A stretch of DNA of 64,000 bases, from NCBI RefSeq assembly GCF_006345805.1, contig NC_043009.1, positions 41,230,001-41,294,000 on the forward strand. The letters are read 5' to 3'. This document shows positions 39,481 to 53,439 of this stretch, one piece after another. The notes below the pieces were generated by a model, which saw nothing but the letters and a program-made list of their open reading frames with translations, was not told the DNA's origin and did not search any database. Source of the DNA: Octopus sinensis. Taxonomy: Eukaryota. Both the position numbers and the translations under genes were made by a program. Numbering within the stretch: position 1 is the first letter of the stretch; each line of letters begins with the position of its first letter.

Positions 39481-40558
39481 CATACATACACACACACACA
39501 TATATGTATGTATGTGGAGGCACATGGCCAAGTGGTTAAGGTGTTACAATCATGAGGTCGTGATTTCAATTCCTGGACCAGGTGGTGTGTTGCGTTCTTG
39601 AGCAAAACACTTCATTTCATGTTGCTGTGCAATCACTTCGACACTTGGTGTGTGGTACATCATGCACCTGTTCAGGCAATGGAGCTTGATGGGGGAAGTG
39701 AGCTAATATACAGCACATCCATTTGATCACAATAAACAAATGATTTGCGCAAGCCGTTTGGCAAGAAATTGGAGAACCATCCTTATCAGACCATGAGAGA
39801 CTACCATCATGATGCCTACCTCTGAAAATTAAGAAGCTGCAGTTTTCATCTGGGGGGAAAAAATCTCTTTATAAATGTATTGTTAAAAGATACAATATAC
39901 TTCAGAGTTAGGTGGAATAAAATTTCCCCAGAAATGACTGTGAGAGTGGCAGATGCACATTTCATCATTTTTTTCAACTTGTCAGTGCCATGTACTCATG
40001 TCACTATCAAGACGAAGCCTAATCAGCAAGTCTGAAATATACAGAGAAAGTGTATAAGCAATACACTGATTTGCAATGACGTCACCCAGGCTGAATAAAA
40101 TTCAGATTATGCAATAGATGTTCTACAATAATATCTTTATCCATATGACTTTCTCAGTCAAATGTAATGCTTAATTAGTGACATGGATAAAAATTAGTCA
40201 TGCATTACTTAGTAGCTAGAAGACTTCCATGATGTGATTGTTTATTTTTAGAATAATATTGTAGGGTAAGTACAAGAAACCAGATCAGGCCAGTTTGAAG
40301 ATAAAACAGGTAGAATATTCTGGCCTGATATGGTCAGACAAGGTGGATATGGTTGATTTAAATGCTGGAGAGTTATGTATGAGTATTATTGAAAAGAAAG
40401 CTTCCTTCACCTAGTGACGATGTATTTCATCTCATACCTGAGAAATGTAGAAATTACAGAGCTTTTGGTTTGATATAACATCTGTTTATATAATAAACAA
40501 ACCCGTTCGTATAACAACCACAATTACTTCATTTTCTGTATATCATGAATAAGAAAAA

Positions 40559-40603
<45 letters not shown>

Positions 40604-41111
40604 GTCTGCTCACAAACATCTGTTGCTAAAGAAGAAAACTGACTGGAGAAAATATCTTACACTGGATACTCATTATCAGCCCAATTAAAATATATAAAAC
40701 GAATATAGTCAAAGGTAAAAGGTAAGAGACATGCAGATTTAAAAAGAGAGAGTGGAAAATGAAAGGTATAGAGAGAGAAAGAGAGAGAAAGGGAGTAATA
40801 AAGACAAACAGAGAGAAGGTAACAAAGACTGAGGGAGCAAGGTGGGGTGAATTAGTGTACAGTGGGGTTACGGACTAGTTTAGACTTAGAATATTCCAAT
40901 GTTTGATTTGTTACCTCTAAAACCATATGTCTCCTACTCAAAACTGATTGGGACTAAACAAACAACAACAATAATAATTATTATTTCAAATTTTTGCCAC
41001 AAGGGCAGCTGGGGGAAGATGGGGGTGAGTCAATTACATTGATTCCAGTGTCCAACTGGTACTTTTTTTTATTGACCCTGAAAGGACGATAGGCAACAAC
41101 AACAATAATAG

Positions 41112-41500
41112 GTGCAGGAGTGGCTGTGTGGTAAGTAGCTTGCTTACCGACCACATGGTTCTGGGTTCAGTTCCACTGTGTGACACCTTGGGCAAGTGTC
41201 TCCTACTATAGCCTCAGGCCGACCAAAGCCTTGTGAGTGGATTTGGTATACGGAAACTGAAAGAAGCCCATCGTATATATGCATATGTATATATATGTAT
41301 GTGTGTGTGTCTGTGTTTGTCCAGCCAACATTGCTTGATAACCGATGCTGGTGTGTTTACTTCCCTGTAACTCAGAAGTTCGGCAAAAGAGACCGATAGA
41401 ATAAGTACTAGGCTTACAAAGAGTAAGTCCTGGGGTCGAATTGCTCGACTAAAGGCGGTGCTCCAGCATGGCCGTAGTCAAAATGACTGAAACGAGTAAA
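41112..41500 (+). mobile_element. Full-length CORE-type SINE
   Basis: Head GCAGGAGTGGCTGTGTGGTAAG, core ACCTTGGGCAAGTGTC, (TA/TG)n, tail ATAAGTACTAGGCTTAC..CCAGCATGGCCG..ACTGAAAC. Confidence 0.88.
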
Positions 41501-42582
41501 AGAGTAAAAGAGAGATAGAGTAACAGTTGAACACTAGGGTCGATATAATTGACTTACCACTCCCTTGAACTTGCTGGCCTTGTGCCAAAATTTGAAATTG
41601 TTATTCAAGTTGCTTCAAACAAAAATTCTGATTTAATATTCAATTTTCTGGATAATGTAACCCTTTTGTTACCACACCTCAGGTAGAATACACTGTCTTT
41701 GCTTCGATTAATTTTTGAAAAAAGTGAAGAATTTAGTAAACTAACTGTATCATTCTAAGCTGGCATTTGGAACATAAATTAACGAATACAGAATAAAATA
41801 CTGGAAGGCATTAAGTGTTTTCCAGACATTTTATATTAATTTATGATAATTTATAATCACCATTTCCTAACATAAAAATAAAAAAATTGAAAAAAAAAAA
41901 TCCACCAAAATTCCTAAAATAACAATAGCAATCTTTGATTTGCTAAGCAGCTATGAAAACTCAATTTTCTCAGTTCCCCTGCCCCCCCCCCGCTACTACC
42001 ACACCTTTTATTTACCATCCTTCTATCCACCCCAGCCCTTCTGGAACTTACACACCTGACCACCACCTCCTCCACCAAACCACCACTACCATCACAACCA
42101 CCATCACCACCACCACCACCAAATCACCATCAGCAATCAATGTTTGGCAGATGGTGCACTCTTTTCTATCTGCCAATTTGCAGGTGTTGACTCCCACCCA
42201 CGTGCTGAAGAGAGAATCACCAAGTGACGCTGATGTTTTCAACTGGATGCTTCCGAACATTCTGAAATGCCCCCATCTCAAAACATCCCAAAACCACATC
42301 TCGGTCCACATCTAAATAAAGCATTACTTTCAATAACAGCTGGATATGGATATTTATTGCACCCCTTCTTTAGGTGCTGCGGCTATAAATATTCAAACTA
42401 CATGACACCAGAAGGATCTGCTTTAGCACAGCTGACACACAAAAAAAAACATGTAATAATGATAATAAATCTATTGGATTCTGAATTCAAATCCTGCGGA
42501 GGTCAACTTCACTTTTCCTCTCAATGGTGGGATCATCAACGTACCAGTTGATCACTGGGGGCATTTTAATAACCACACCCTT

Positions 42583-42911
42583 CACCACCACCAAATCACC
42601 ATCAGCAATCAATGTTTGGCATGGAAGCCAGTCGACCGCCGCCTCGACTGGCTTCCATGCCGGTGGCACGTAAAATGCACCAATCCGACCGTGGCCGTTG
42701 CCAGCCTCGCCTGGCACCTGTGCAGGTGGCACGTAAAAAGCACCCACTACACTCACGGAGTGGTTGGCGTTAGGAAGGGCATCCAGCTGTAGAAACATTG
42801 CCAGATATGACTGGAGCCTGGTGCAGCCATCTGGCTTCCCAGATCCCCGGTCGAACCGTCCAACCCATGCTAGCATGGAGAACGGACGTTAAACGATGAT
42901 GATGATGATGA
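42583..42911 (+). mobile_element. RTE-X-tail insertion with a complex 5' junction and a 7-bp TSD
   Basis: ACCCTTC flanks both sides. The 5' end is a 39-bp copy of 42111-42149 followed by a perfect 18-bp hairpin; the 3' end is (GAT)n. Confidence 0.75.
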
Positions 42912-42984
42912 TGACCCTTCCCCTCAAAACTACTTGCATCTAACACAGAAAAAAAAATTATGGCACTGGTTACAAAAATGTAAT

Positions 42985-43405
42985 CTGAAACAGAGGCCTT
43001 GATGTGTAGTACTCATCAACAACAATTAAGAACTAACATCAAACACAAAATTAGACCAATCAGTAGGATCAGACAAATGTAGAATGTGTGGTGAAACTTG
43101 GGAGACAGTGTAGCATGTTTTAAGAGAAGGTATGACAATGTCAGCAGAATGGTCCACTGGGAACTATGTAACAAGTTTGGATTGGAAAGAGTGAGAAAAC
43201 AGTATGAGCAGGAGCCAAAGGGTGTGATAGAAAATATCAGTTAAGATCTTTTGGGATTTCATGATCCAGTATGATTAACATCAAACATTGGGGACTCAAT
43301 ATTGTACAGATAGACAAGGAAGAAAAGTCATGCCTGATCATAGACATCACTTGCTCAAGTGACAGAAGAATTGTCAAAGAAATGAGAGAAAAACTAATGC
43401 AATAC
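42985..43405 (+). pseudogene. R4/Dong-type non-LTR retrotransposon fragment (zinc knuckle and restriction-like endonuclease)
   Basis: Frameshifted translation SETEALMC..QLRTNIKHKI / DKCRMCGETWETV*H / KRRYDNVSRMVHWELC / LWDF..IQ / NIVQIDKEEKSCLIIDITCSSDRRIVKEMREK. Confidence 0.8.
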
Positions 43406-43655
43406 TATGGCTTCTGCCAGCCCCAAAGAGCAGAAGCCATTATAGTAACAGTATAAAAGGCAGAGAGAACAGACAACAAACCAGTGGACCCAAGACAGGA
43501 ATCTAACTGTGACAAATTTTATGCCAATCAGTTGGGAAGCCATTTTCTGGACGCAATCAAAGATATCAGCATGTGCAGCAGCAGCAGCATCATTCCAAAT
43601 GTGAGAGCAACACTCTGCAGTTGGTATCACCTGCACTTTGAAGAGTATCAATGAT
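43394..43655 (-). pseudogene. Jockey/CR1-like LINE ORF2 C-terminal fragment
   Basis: LFKVQVIPTAECCSHIW..DIFDCVQKMASQLIG..SLCLLYCYYNGFCS resembles LYKAQVRP.LEYCSHIW..L..IQ..A.RLIG..SL.LFYRYY.G.CS. Confidence 0.7.
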
Positions 43656-45340
43656 GATCAAGAGCTTAAGTATCTTATGGCCTTAAAGAGAAAGGTCAGT
43701 CATTGAGATGTGGTCCTTTGTTTCATGACTATCCTAAACTATTCTCTTATCATCAACATCATCATCTTTTACAACATCATCATTGTCCATACTGGCATAG
43801 ATTGGATGATTTGATAAGAGCTGGTAAGCTGAGGGGCAGCACCAGACTCCAGTCTGATTTGGCGTGGTTTCTATGGCGGGATGCCCTTCCTAATGCCAAC
43901 CACTCCAAGGGTGCTTTTATGTACCACCAGTATAGGTGCCATCTGCTATGACTGCAACTAAAATATCACAGTAGTAGTGTGCACTGTAACATTGCATCAC
44001 TACATCCACCATTTGTTGGTAATTTCCTACTCCTGGTGGATGACATTTCTGCATCACTCAAGTAACAACGCTCCAAGCCCATGGTGAGGGTTTCATGAAG
44101 ATGGAGTGCAAATCCTAACTCAACTTCTCACAACATGCAAATGAAATGTTGGATCTATTCTTTGGCATGCCCGAGCCCCACCATCAAATTGAAAAGTTGT
44201 TAATAATTATAATAAAACGTTTTGATAGAACAACATACTGACTAAATGCTAATTTGTAGAGGGAAGCTGAAGAATTAAGAAAGCCTAGAATTCACATTGC
44301 TACCAGTATTGTAACTATTGCCAAAATACTTAGCAGGTGAAAGTGACACAACAATAAATAGAAATCAACAACAGGTAAAACTCACATTCACAATGTACAC
44401 CAACGATCATTATATTAACATCGTGTAAATAGATGTGAAAACAATTACCTGTAGTCAACTTAACTGTATTCAACCTAGCTTGGCAGGTTAAAGGACATAA
44501 CAAGCAAAAATCAATATCAACAGATAAAATCTGCAATCACAATGGACACCAAGAATCATCATATTGTATCAGAAAATTTTCATCTGAATTTATGCAATAG
44601 TAATATCTCTATAGTTTTTTTTTGTTTTGTTTTTTATACTAGACAAATTATTGCATTTCATCAAACTCTCGTTTTCAACACAATTGAGAGACTTATAAAA
44701 CAAAAGCACTACAGGACTTCAGGAATTAAGCGAAAGCTGATGAATCAAGCACTTAATAAATTAGCAGTGTTGCTTATAGCACTGACTTCCCAACCAGTAA
44801 TTTTGCAGCTGTGGCTATGGCTGTAGTTTAACCTAAAGATAAATTTGACAATGAGCAAGCCTATGATCAAGGCATCCCAATTCTGACCATCTTCATCTTT
44901 TATTCAAACAATGCATATCTTTCCTTTTTTTAATACATCAAGGAAAGATTTGAGTGAAATTTAGGTGTCAGTAGAGGGTGATTAATAAAATAGACGTCAC
45001 TTGTTTAGTTCAATGAGTTACTGGTTCAGAGCATGGTTAACTTTTAATCATCAGAATCATGCATTTTGGTCATGGACACAGAATAGTAAGGGTGGCAGGA
45101 TATGAACAGCCAATACCTTGGGTAGTTGTCCAACAATTAACTCAACTAGCAACATCCCCTTCATATACACATTTCATTAAAGAATAACACACACACACAC
45201 ACATGCCTTAGGGCCACAAATCACAATGGAGTCATAGCAATGTCACTGTGACATATGGCATGTTATAGGCATTTTTACACCAAGCAGGGATCCCCACCCA
45301 TCATTTACACCAGGTCTGAGCACAGCCTGCATATATACAT

Positions 45341-45371
<31 letters not shown>

Positions 45372-45414
45372 CAAACACACACACACACATATATATAAGT
45401 ATGTATGCATAGTC

Positions 45415-45797
45415 TCTTAATCTTTTACATATTTCAGTTGACTGTGGCCATGCGGGAGCACCACCTTTAGTAGAAGAATCAGACCCCAGAATTTATTCTT
45501 TGTAAGCCTACTACTTATTCTATCAGTCTCTTTTGCCCAACCGTTAAGTTCTAGGTACATAAACACACCAACATCAGTCCTCAAGCGATGGTGGTGGAAC
45601 AAACACAGACACATAAATACATATACATATATATGACGGGCTTCTTTCAGTTTCCATCTACCAAATCCACACACAAGGTTTTGGTCAGCCCTAGGCTATA
45701 GTAGAAGACACTTGCCTGAGGTGCCACACAGCGGGACTGAACCCAGAACCATGTGATTGGGAAGCAAGCTTTTTACCACAAACCCATGCCTGTGTAC
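45415..45797 (-). mobile_element. Full-length CORE-type SINE
   Basis: Colinear reverse complement of 41112-41500. Confidence 0.85.
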
Positions 45798-45847
<50 letters not shown>

Positions 45848-46397
45848 TATACATGTTATACTTAAGTAAAACATGCAGCAGTGATGTTGCATTTACTGAA
45901 ATACAACCTGCCAACTGCTCCAGAGAAAAAGGAGGATCAATGCTTCAGGAAGAGTGTTGTGATGATTGAAATATTGCAGAATCCAATTCAATTAGTTTTC
46001 AATAAACTCTGAATAAACGAAGCATCAAACGAGCACTTAACAGAGGAGTGCTTGCTCAACTGTGAGCTGCAGATCTGCCACTCACCACAGAAGCAGTAAT
46101 TAGACCAATGTGGATTAGCGGTTAGAGGGAGTTCTGCCTAATTTTGCCAAAGAATGCCGCAACTTACATAATGTGCACTATACACCAACAAAAAGTCTTG
46201 GATGATAATTGTAATGAATTCTTACACAAGACTCTGGACTGCTGGCCATTTTGGCCAATTCAAATACGTACATACATACATGTATATGTATGTATGTATG
46301 TATGTATGGATATATACATATATATACATACATATATATATATACACACACACAAAACACATGTATACATATATATATATATATATGTATACATATA

Positions 46398-46428
<31 letters not shown>

Positions 46429-46896
46429 ATGTATACATGTATATATATATATGTATATATATACACACATATCTATATATATATATATATATACATGTGT
46501 CTATGTATGTATACATATGTATATATGTGTGTGTGTGTATGTGTACACACACACACACACACACACACAGATATACATACATGCATATATATTCATGTAT
46601 GTATGTATATATGTATATATATTAGGGGAAATGAGCATTTCTAAAAGGAAGTGCTTCAAGAGTTCTTTCTTGGTCTATCTTTAGTAATTGGAGATGGCGC
46701 TTTTCCAAATTAATCATAATTTCGCATTAAACTGAAAACGAATCTTTCTACGAAAGCGAACTTATAGAAGGCTCTGTAGCACAGATTTTATCACAGATAC
46801 ACATATAAAGAGAACGCTATGTATGCAAGTATGCGTATCATATCTATATATGTAAGTATAACTATCGTTCACACACATGTACATATGCATATACAT

Positions 46897-46928
<32 letters not shown>

Positions 46929-46950
46929 CACACTTACATATATGTGTATG

Positions 46951-46984
<34 letters not shown>

Positions 46985-46989
<5 letters not shown>

Positions 46990-47019
46990 TATATATACAC
47001 ACTTACATATATGTGTATG

Positions 47020-47066
<47 letters not shown>

Positions 47067-48171
47067 GCATGTATATATGTATGTATATGGGAGATTGAAG
47101 CTAAATGAATTCAATATATACAACACTAGTATAACACAAGGAATTCACGTTTGTCGTCCTTAAATAAGGAATAAATCGGAATTTAAGATTTCTAGTGTAC
47201 AAGCAGATTTCTCTCACACTCATTCACACCCCCACTCACCTACATCTCTGTCTCTATCTCTCTCTCTTTTTCTCCTCTCTCTCTCGCATCTTCTCTTATT
47301 CTCCTTCCATCGTTTTCTTTCAATCTTATTCTTCTCTCATTACATGCAAACGCGCTCACACACACACACATTAACAAAACACACATACACACTTTATTAT
47401 GAATGAGGGATATTACACTTCAGTATGAACACAAAGATGACAAGCACACATGCAAACACACAGATGGATTAATGTATACATATGCAGATATGTCTGTGTG
47501 TAAGTGCATACGTAAGTCTGTGTGTGTGTGAGTCTATGGGTGTCTCTGTGCATGTGTGTGTGTGTGTGCATGTGTGCATTTGTGTGTTCAATGTGCATGC
47601 ATTTCTGAGTGAATCGTTGTGCAAAAGGATGCAGGAACATTTCAAACAGCAAATAAAAACAGGATAAATAAACTTTAACTTAGCAATCTCTGGCTTTTAC
47701 ATAGAACTAACAAAACAAAATTTCAAGAATATATTTACCTATAAAAATTAATGCACGTATATAAATACATGCGTATATACATATATACACAGACACAGAT
47801 CCATGTATGTGCACACATGTATGTGTACGTGGATATATGCACAGTGTACAGAAATGTGTAAGACACATACAAAGTTATGTGTGTGTGTGTGTGTGTGTGT
47901 GTATTCACATATACACTCGTATATACTTCCACGTAAACATTCAAATATACATATATGTAACTGTATGAAAAGAATATACTGGAATTACATATACATATAT
48001 ACACATTGAAAATGGAAACATGTGACTTTGCATGTATACATATGTGCGTGTGTATATACGTATATATATATACACACACACACACATATAGAAATACATA
48101 CACACTTGTATGTATGTGTATATATATATATATAATATATATATATATACACACTTACATATATGTGTATG

Positions 48172-48218
<47 letters not shown>

Positions 48219-49262
48219 GCATGTATATATGTATGTATATGGGAGATTGAAGCTAAATGAATTCAATATATACAACACTAGTATAACACAAGGAATTCAC
48301 GTTTGTCGTCCTTAAATAAGGAATAAATCGGAATTTAAGATTTCTAGTGTACAAGCAGATTTCTCTCACACTCATTCACACCCCCACTCACCTACATCTC
48401 TGTCTCTATCTCTCTCTCTTTTTCTCCTCTCTCTCTCGCATCTTCTCTTATTCTCCTTCCATCGTTTTCTTTCAATCTTATTCTTCTCTCATTACATGCA
48501 AACGCGCTCACACACACACACATTAACAAAACACACATACACACTTTATTATGAATGAGGGATATTACACTTCAGTATGAACACAAAGATGACAAGCACA
48601 CATGCAAACACACAGATGGATTAATGTATACATATGCAGATATGTCTGTGTGTAAGTGCATACGTAAGTCTGTGTGTGTGTGAGTCTATGGGTGTCTCTG
48701 TGCATGTGTGTGTGTGTGTGCATGTGTGCATTTGTGTGTTCAATGTGCATGCATTTCTGAGTGAATCGTTGTGCAAAAGGATGCAGGAACATTTCAAACA
48801 GCAAATAAAAACAGGATAAATAAACTTTAACTTAGCAATCTCTGGCTTTTACATAGAACTAACAAAACAAAATTTCAAGAATATATTTACCTATAAAAAT
48901 TAATGCACGTATATAAATACATGCGTATATACATATATACACAGACACAGATCCATGTATGTGCACACATGTATGTGTACGTGGATATATGCACAGTGTA
49001 CAGAAATGTGTAAGACACATACAAAGTTATGTGTGTGTGTGTGTGTGTGTGTATTCACATATACACTCGTATATACTTCCACGTAAACATTCAAATATAC
49101 ATATATGTAACTGTATGAAAAGAATATACTGGAATTACATATACATATATACACATTGAAAATGGAAACATGTGACTTTGCATGTATACATATGTGCGTG
49201 TGTATATACGTATATATATATACACACACACACACATATAGAAATACATACACACTTGTATG

Positions 49263-49290
<28 letters not shown>
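46985..49290. repeat. Direct tandem duplication, 1152-bp unit x2, junctions in (TA)n
   Basis: GGGAGATTGAAG at 47089 and 48241; identical ORFs at 47413/48565. The copies differ by one GT unit in a (GT)n tract. Confidence 0.93.
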
Positions 49291-49307
<17 letters not shown>

Positions 49308-50288
49308 TTAAACAAACATATCACTATAAAAGCACCATCTTTAAAAAGAAATTAAAATAAAATATATATAAATAGATTTTTATATATCTACATATATATT
49401 TAAATATATATATATATATGTATATATTTAAATATATATATATATGTATATTTAAATATATATATATGTATACACACACACATATATATAAATAACTATT
49501 TATCTATCTACACACATACGTATATATATTTTCAAAGGTGAAGACGAAAAGGAGTTTCTTACCAAAGAAAATCTATAAAATTCAATACAAGAATTCCTAT
49601 AAGTTTCTGAACATAGATTATATGCAGGATTAACCAAAGAATATATTTGTTATTGGATAGTTTCACCAAAGAAAAGGTTTCCAATTTATATACAGATTAA
49701 ATCGGAATGCAATTTAGTCATTGGTGCAGCGATGATGTTTGTGTTTGAACCAAGGTTTCCTAAGATTCTCGCTCACTGTATCTACATTGCTGACGCACCA
49801 TAACACCACAGCACAGCACAGCACCGCCGCACCAACTTTCAAAGTGAATTTTTCAAAATTTGTAAATCACTAATGCTATCGTTAATATCAAACAATGTTC
49901 ACAGACTTGGTCTCACAAATGCACACACCCACAAACACTCGCACACATGTGGAAGATTTTTTAGAACAGTACCCACCACACACACACACACACACACATA
50001 CATACATGTATAATGTGTGGGTGTGCGTATATATGTATTTGCACATGGCTGTGTTGTTGTGAAATTCACTTTGCAACCATGGGGTCTGAAGCTCAGTTCC
50101 ACTTCATGGAATCTTGAAAGCAAGTATCTTCTTTTATAACACACACACATACATATATAAATACACACACACACATATATATATACACAAATATATACAC
50201 ACACATACACATATATACACACACATACATATATATACACACACACACACATAGATATATATATACACACACATACATATATATATAC

Positions 50289-50321
<33 letters not shown>

Positions 50322-50666
50322 TACACACACGTGTGTGTGTGTAGAGGCATTCACAATTTTTCTCTGCTGAGTGAGATATAGAGTGACAAAAGATAAAATC
50401 TTATTTCATCATCCCCGGAGGAAATAAAAGGTGAAGTTAGCCTACGTAGGATTTGAACTCAGACTGTAAAAATGGTGCCTAAATACCATAAAGCAGTTTT
50501 TTCTTTCTTTTCTTTTCTTTTTTTTTTTTTTTGCACTACTCATATGTTTCCACCACCATAAAATAAAGGTTGTGTCTTTGAAATACAATTATAATAACAT
50601 TAAATATGATGCACATAACACATTGTTATCCCACAATATTGAAGTGAGGGTGTATGACCGTGTATG

Positions 50667-50726
<60 letters not shown>

Positions 50727-51832
50727 ACACACATATGTATCATGTTGTTAACAACAAGCTATAAAGAAACTGTCAGCAGTGAAAGCCAAAATGCTGGTCT
50801 GTTATCACACAATAGAAATATGGCCAGTTATAACCAGATACAGATTCCAATAAACCAGACTACACAATACCAATAAGCAATAAAGCAATATAGTAAGTTA
50901 TAAAAGATATATCGTTATAAAAGATATAAATACAGAGCACCATAAAGCTTGTTACACAACAGCAATAAACAATCTAACATGAGCAAGCAACGATATGCAC
51001 AAAATGTTAGAAAAATTAAACGAATAAATAGGAAAAGGTGATAAGGAGGGTTGGACTATGGGAGACGAAGAAGGGGACAAAGGGGCGGATAGAAAAATAG
51101 TTTTCATATTTTGGATACGTGTGCGAAGGGATGCAATGATTCTGAATAGCATTTGTAAAGAGAAAAAAATAGTGGCAGAATGGTAAGTAATAAAAGCGAA
51201 AGGAGAAGAAAATTCCAAAAAGAAAGGGCAAGATGTAGGATTGCTGCCAACGTCGCAAGTATATAGGGAGGAGCAGTTCATATTGAAATCACTATAATGC
51301 AGAAAGTGAAATGCTTAGGTAAGATATTTTATTTGATGCAGACAGATTCGACATTTTTTTGGTTGGAGTTTTTCACAATTTTCTACAATTCAACTTTGTA
51401 TGAGTTAAGTGAAAAATTTGGAGATATGAAAAAATGTTTGAAAAGCAATTTTTTTAAAAAATAAGCACGGCTGCATTGTTAAAAAGTTGACTTTGCAACC
51501 ACATGCTTTCGGGTTCAGTCCCACTGTACGGCACCTTTGGTAAGTGTCTTCTACTATAGTAACAACGCTAGGCTAATAAATGAGTAAATATTTGGTAGAC
51601 GGAATCTGAAAGAAACCAGTCACATATTGATAGAATAAGTTACCAAGCACTCACTAAGGCTGATTCATTTGACTAAAATTCTTCAAGGTGGTGCACAGCC
51701 TAATAATTAAAATATTCATCATCATCATCATTTAATGTCTGTTGTCCATGCTGGCATGGGTTGGACGGTTTAACTGAGCTGGCATGCTGGAGGGCTGCAC
51801 CAGACTCCAGTCTGATTTAGCATGCTTTACAT

Positions 51833-51865
<33 letters not shown>

Positions 51866-51867
51866 AC

Positions 51868-52065
51868 GGGAAGGTTTATAAAAATAAACAAAAGACGAAG
51901 GCAGGTGGAGTACAAACAAACAATTGTATTAGTATGGCGCTCAGGAATAGAAATAAAACGAGTCTTTTACGTTTCAAGCCTATGCTCTTCGACAGAAAGA
52001 TACACAGAAAAGAAACAAGGAGAGGAAAAAAATGCATGTAGGAGCTAACGGTCCATCATGGTGTG
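51868..52065 (-). mobile_element. Short repeat with hammerhead motif, likely a Penelope-like terminal repeat
   Basis: Contains the fold at 51963-52000; flanked by (TA)n and (TG)n; unrelated in sequence to the other two hammerhead-bearing repeats. Confidence 0.55.
51963..52000 (-). ncRNA. Minimal type I hammerhead motif with A6-to-U substitution
   Basis: Stem I UCUUU/AAAGA; core CUGUCGA plus A; stem II GAGC-AUAG-GCUU; GAAA; ACGU palindrome; GUA triplet. Confidence 0.6.
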
Positions 52066-52474
52066 TGTGTTTGAGTGTGTGTGCGCGTGCTTCATTGTGA
52101 GTGTTTCTGTTTCTGTCTCCCTATTTTAACATTACGTAAGAGCTGTAAAATGATTATCACTGTCATACAAGCAGTGTCGTTCATTTCCAATATTCTGCGA
52201 GAACACATTGGGTTATGTGGAAATATTACCTTGCTTGAAAACAGGTGAGGATTGGTGATAGGAAAGTGATCCAGCTATAGAAATTCCACCTCAATAAACT
52301 CCATCCATGTCAAACAAGCATGGAAAAGTGCATGATAAAATGATCGTGATGGCCTCTGAAATGCTGAGTGTTGTCTTCCCAAAAGGTGGTTATGAATTAT
52401 CATAACTTTTTTGGTTTAATTCACTTTCTGATCCATGTATTTAGTAGTTTTTAAAAATTTATATCACATCGCAG

Positions 52475-52784
52475 CAGTGGTTCTCAACTGGGGTCCATAT
52501 GGCTTCTGAGGGTTCATATAAGATTTTTGGGGGTCTATGCAACAAAATAGTAAATTGGGGATTCACCATAGTATTTTAAGGGCCCCAGAATAAATTTTCC
52601 TTCAGATGTATGTATTGGTATGTATTGAAGAAACAGCTAGATTTCTTTCTCTAATATTTTTCATAGTTCAACCTATACAAGTTTCTATGAAACTAGTTTT
52701 TAAACATTGAATGACTACAAAGGTCAGCCAGAATAAAACAGTAATCAAAGGGGTTCATAGATAAAAAATAGTTGAGAACCCTTG
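52475..52784 (+). mobile_element. hAT (Charlie-like) MITE, 310 bp
   Basis: TIRs CAGTGGTTCTCAAC and GTTGAGAACCCTTG. 8-bp flanks CATCGCAG and CATTACAG differ only at a CpG, consistent with a decayed 8-bp TSD. Confidence 0.85.
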
Positions 52785-53439
52785 CATTACAGTCAGGGCA
52801 TTTCTAACTCAGTGATAATAACAGGGGATTGTCGGCAAAGTTTAAACAGAACAAATACTACAGTCATAATTTTAAAATATAACATGGCGACAATTTACCG
52901 ATCACAACCTGTATATATATATGTGTGTATGTGTGTGTATGTATGTATAAATGGTTGAATCATCAGTACGTCAGGCAAAATGATTAGTGGCATTTCATCT
53001 ATCTTTCATTCTGAGTTTAAATTCCCTGAAGATCAACTTTGTCTACTATCGTTTCAGGTCAATAAAATAAGTACCGATCCAGTACTGGGGGTTAATATAA
53101 TCGATTAGCTTCTTTCCAAAAGCTGCTGGTTTTATGCCGAAATTTGAAACCGCTATTATTTATAAGAACCACTTAAAGACTCTTGTGAAATTCAACTACC
53201 CAGCGCTTCCTGGTCAGAACATTAAATTTATTTTGCCAATCTTCAAGGTCGTAATGTCAACAAGACCTAGAAAAGTGGTGAAATAGATTTACAACTCTGG
53301 CCAGGGAACCCTGGAGAGCTGAATGTCACAAGGTTTTCTGTGTGGTTCTTATTAATAGTAATAGCTTAACTGCTTTACTCTCTTAACTGATCACGTGCTC
53401 TACTACTTGTTGAACTTCATACCACACAGATACATATTA

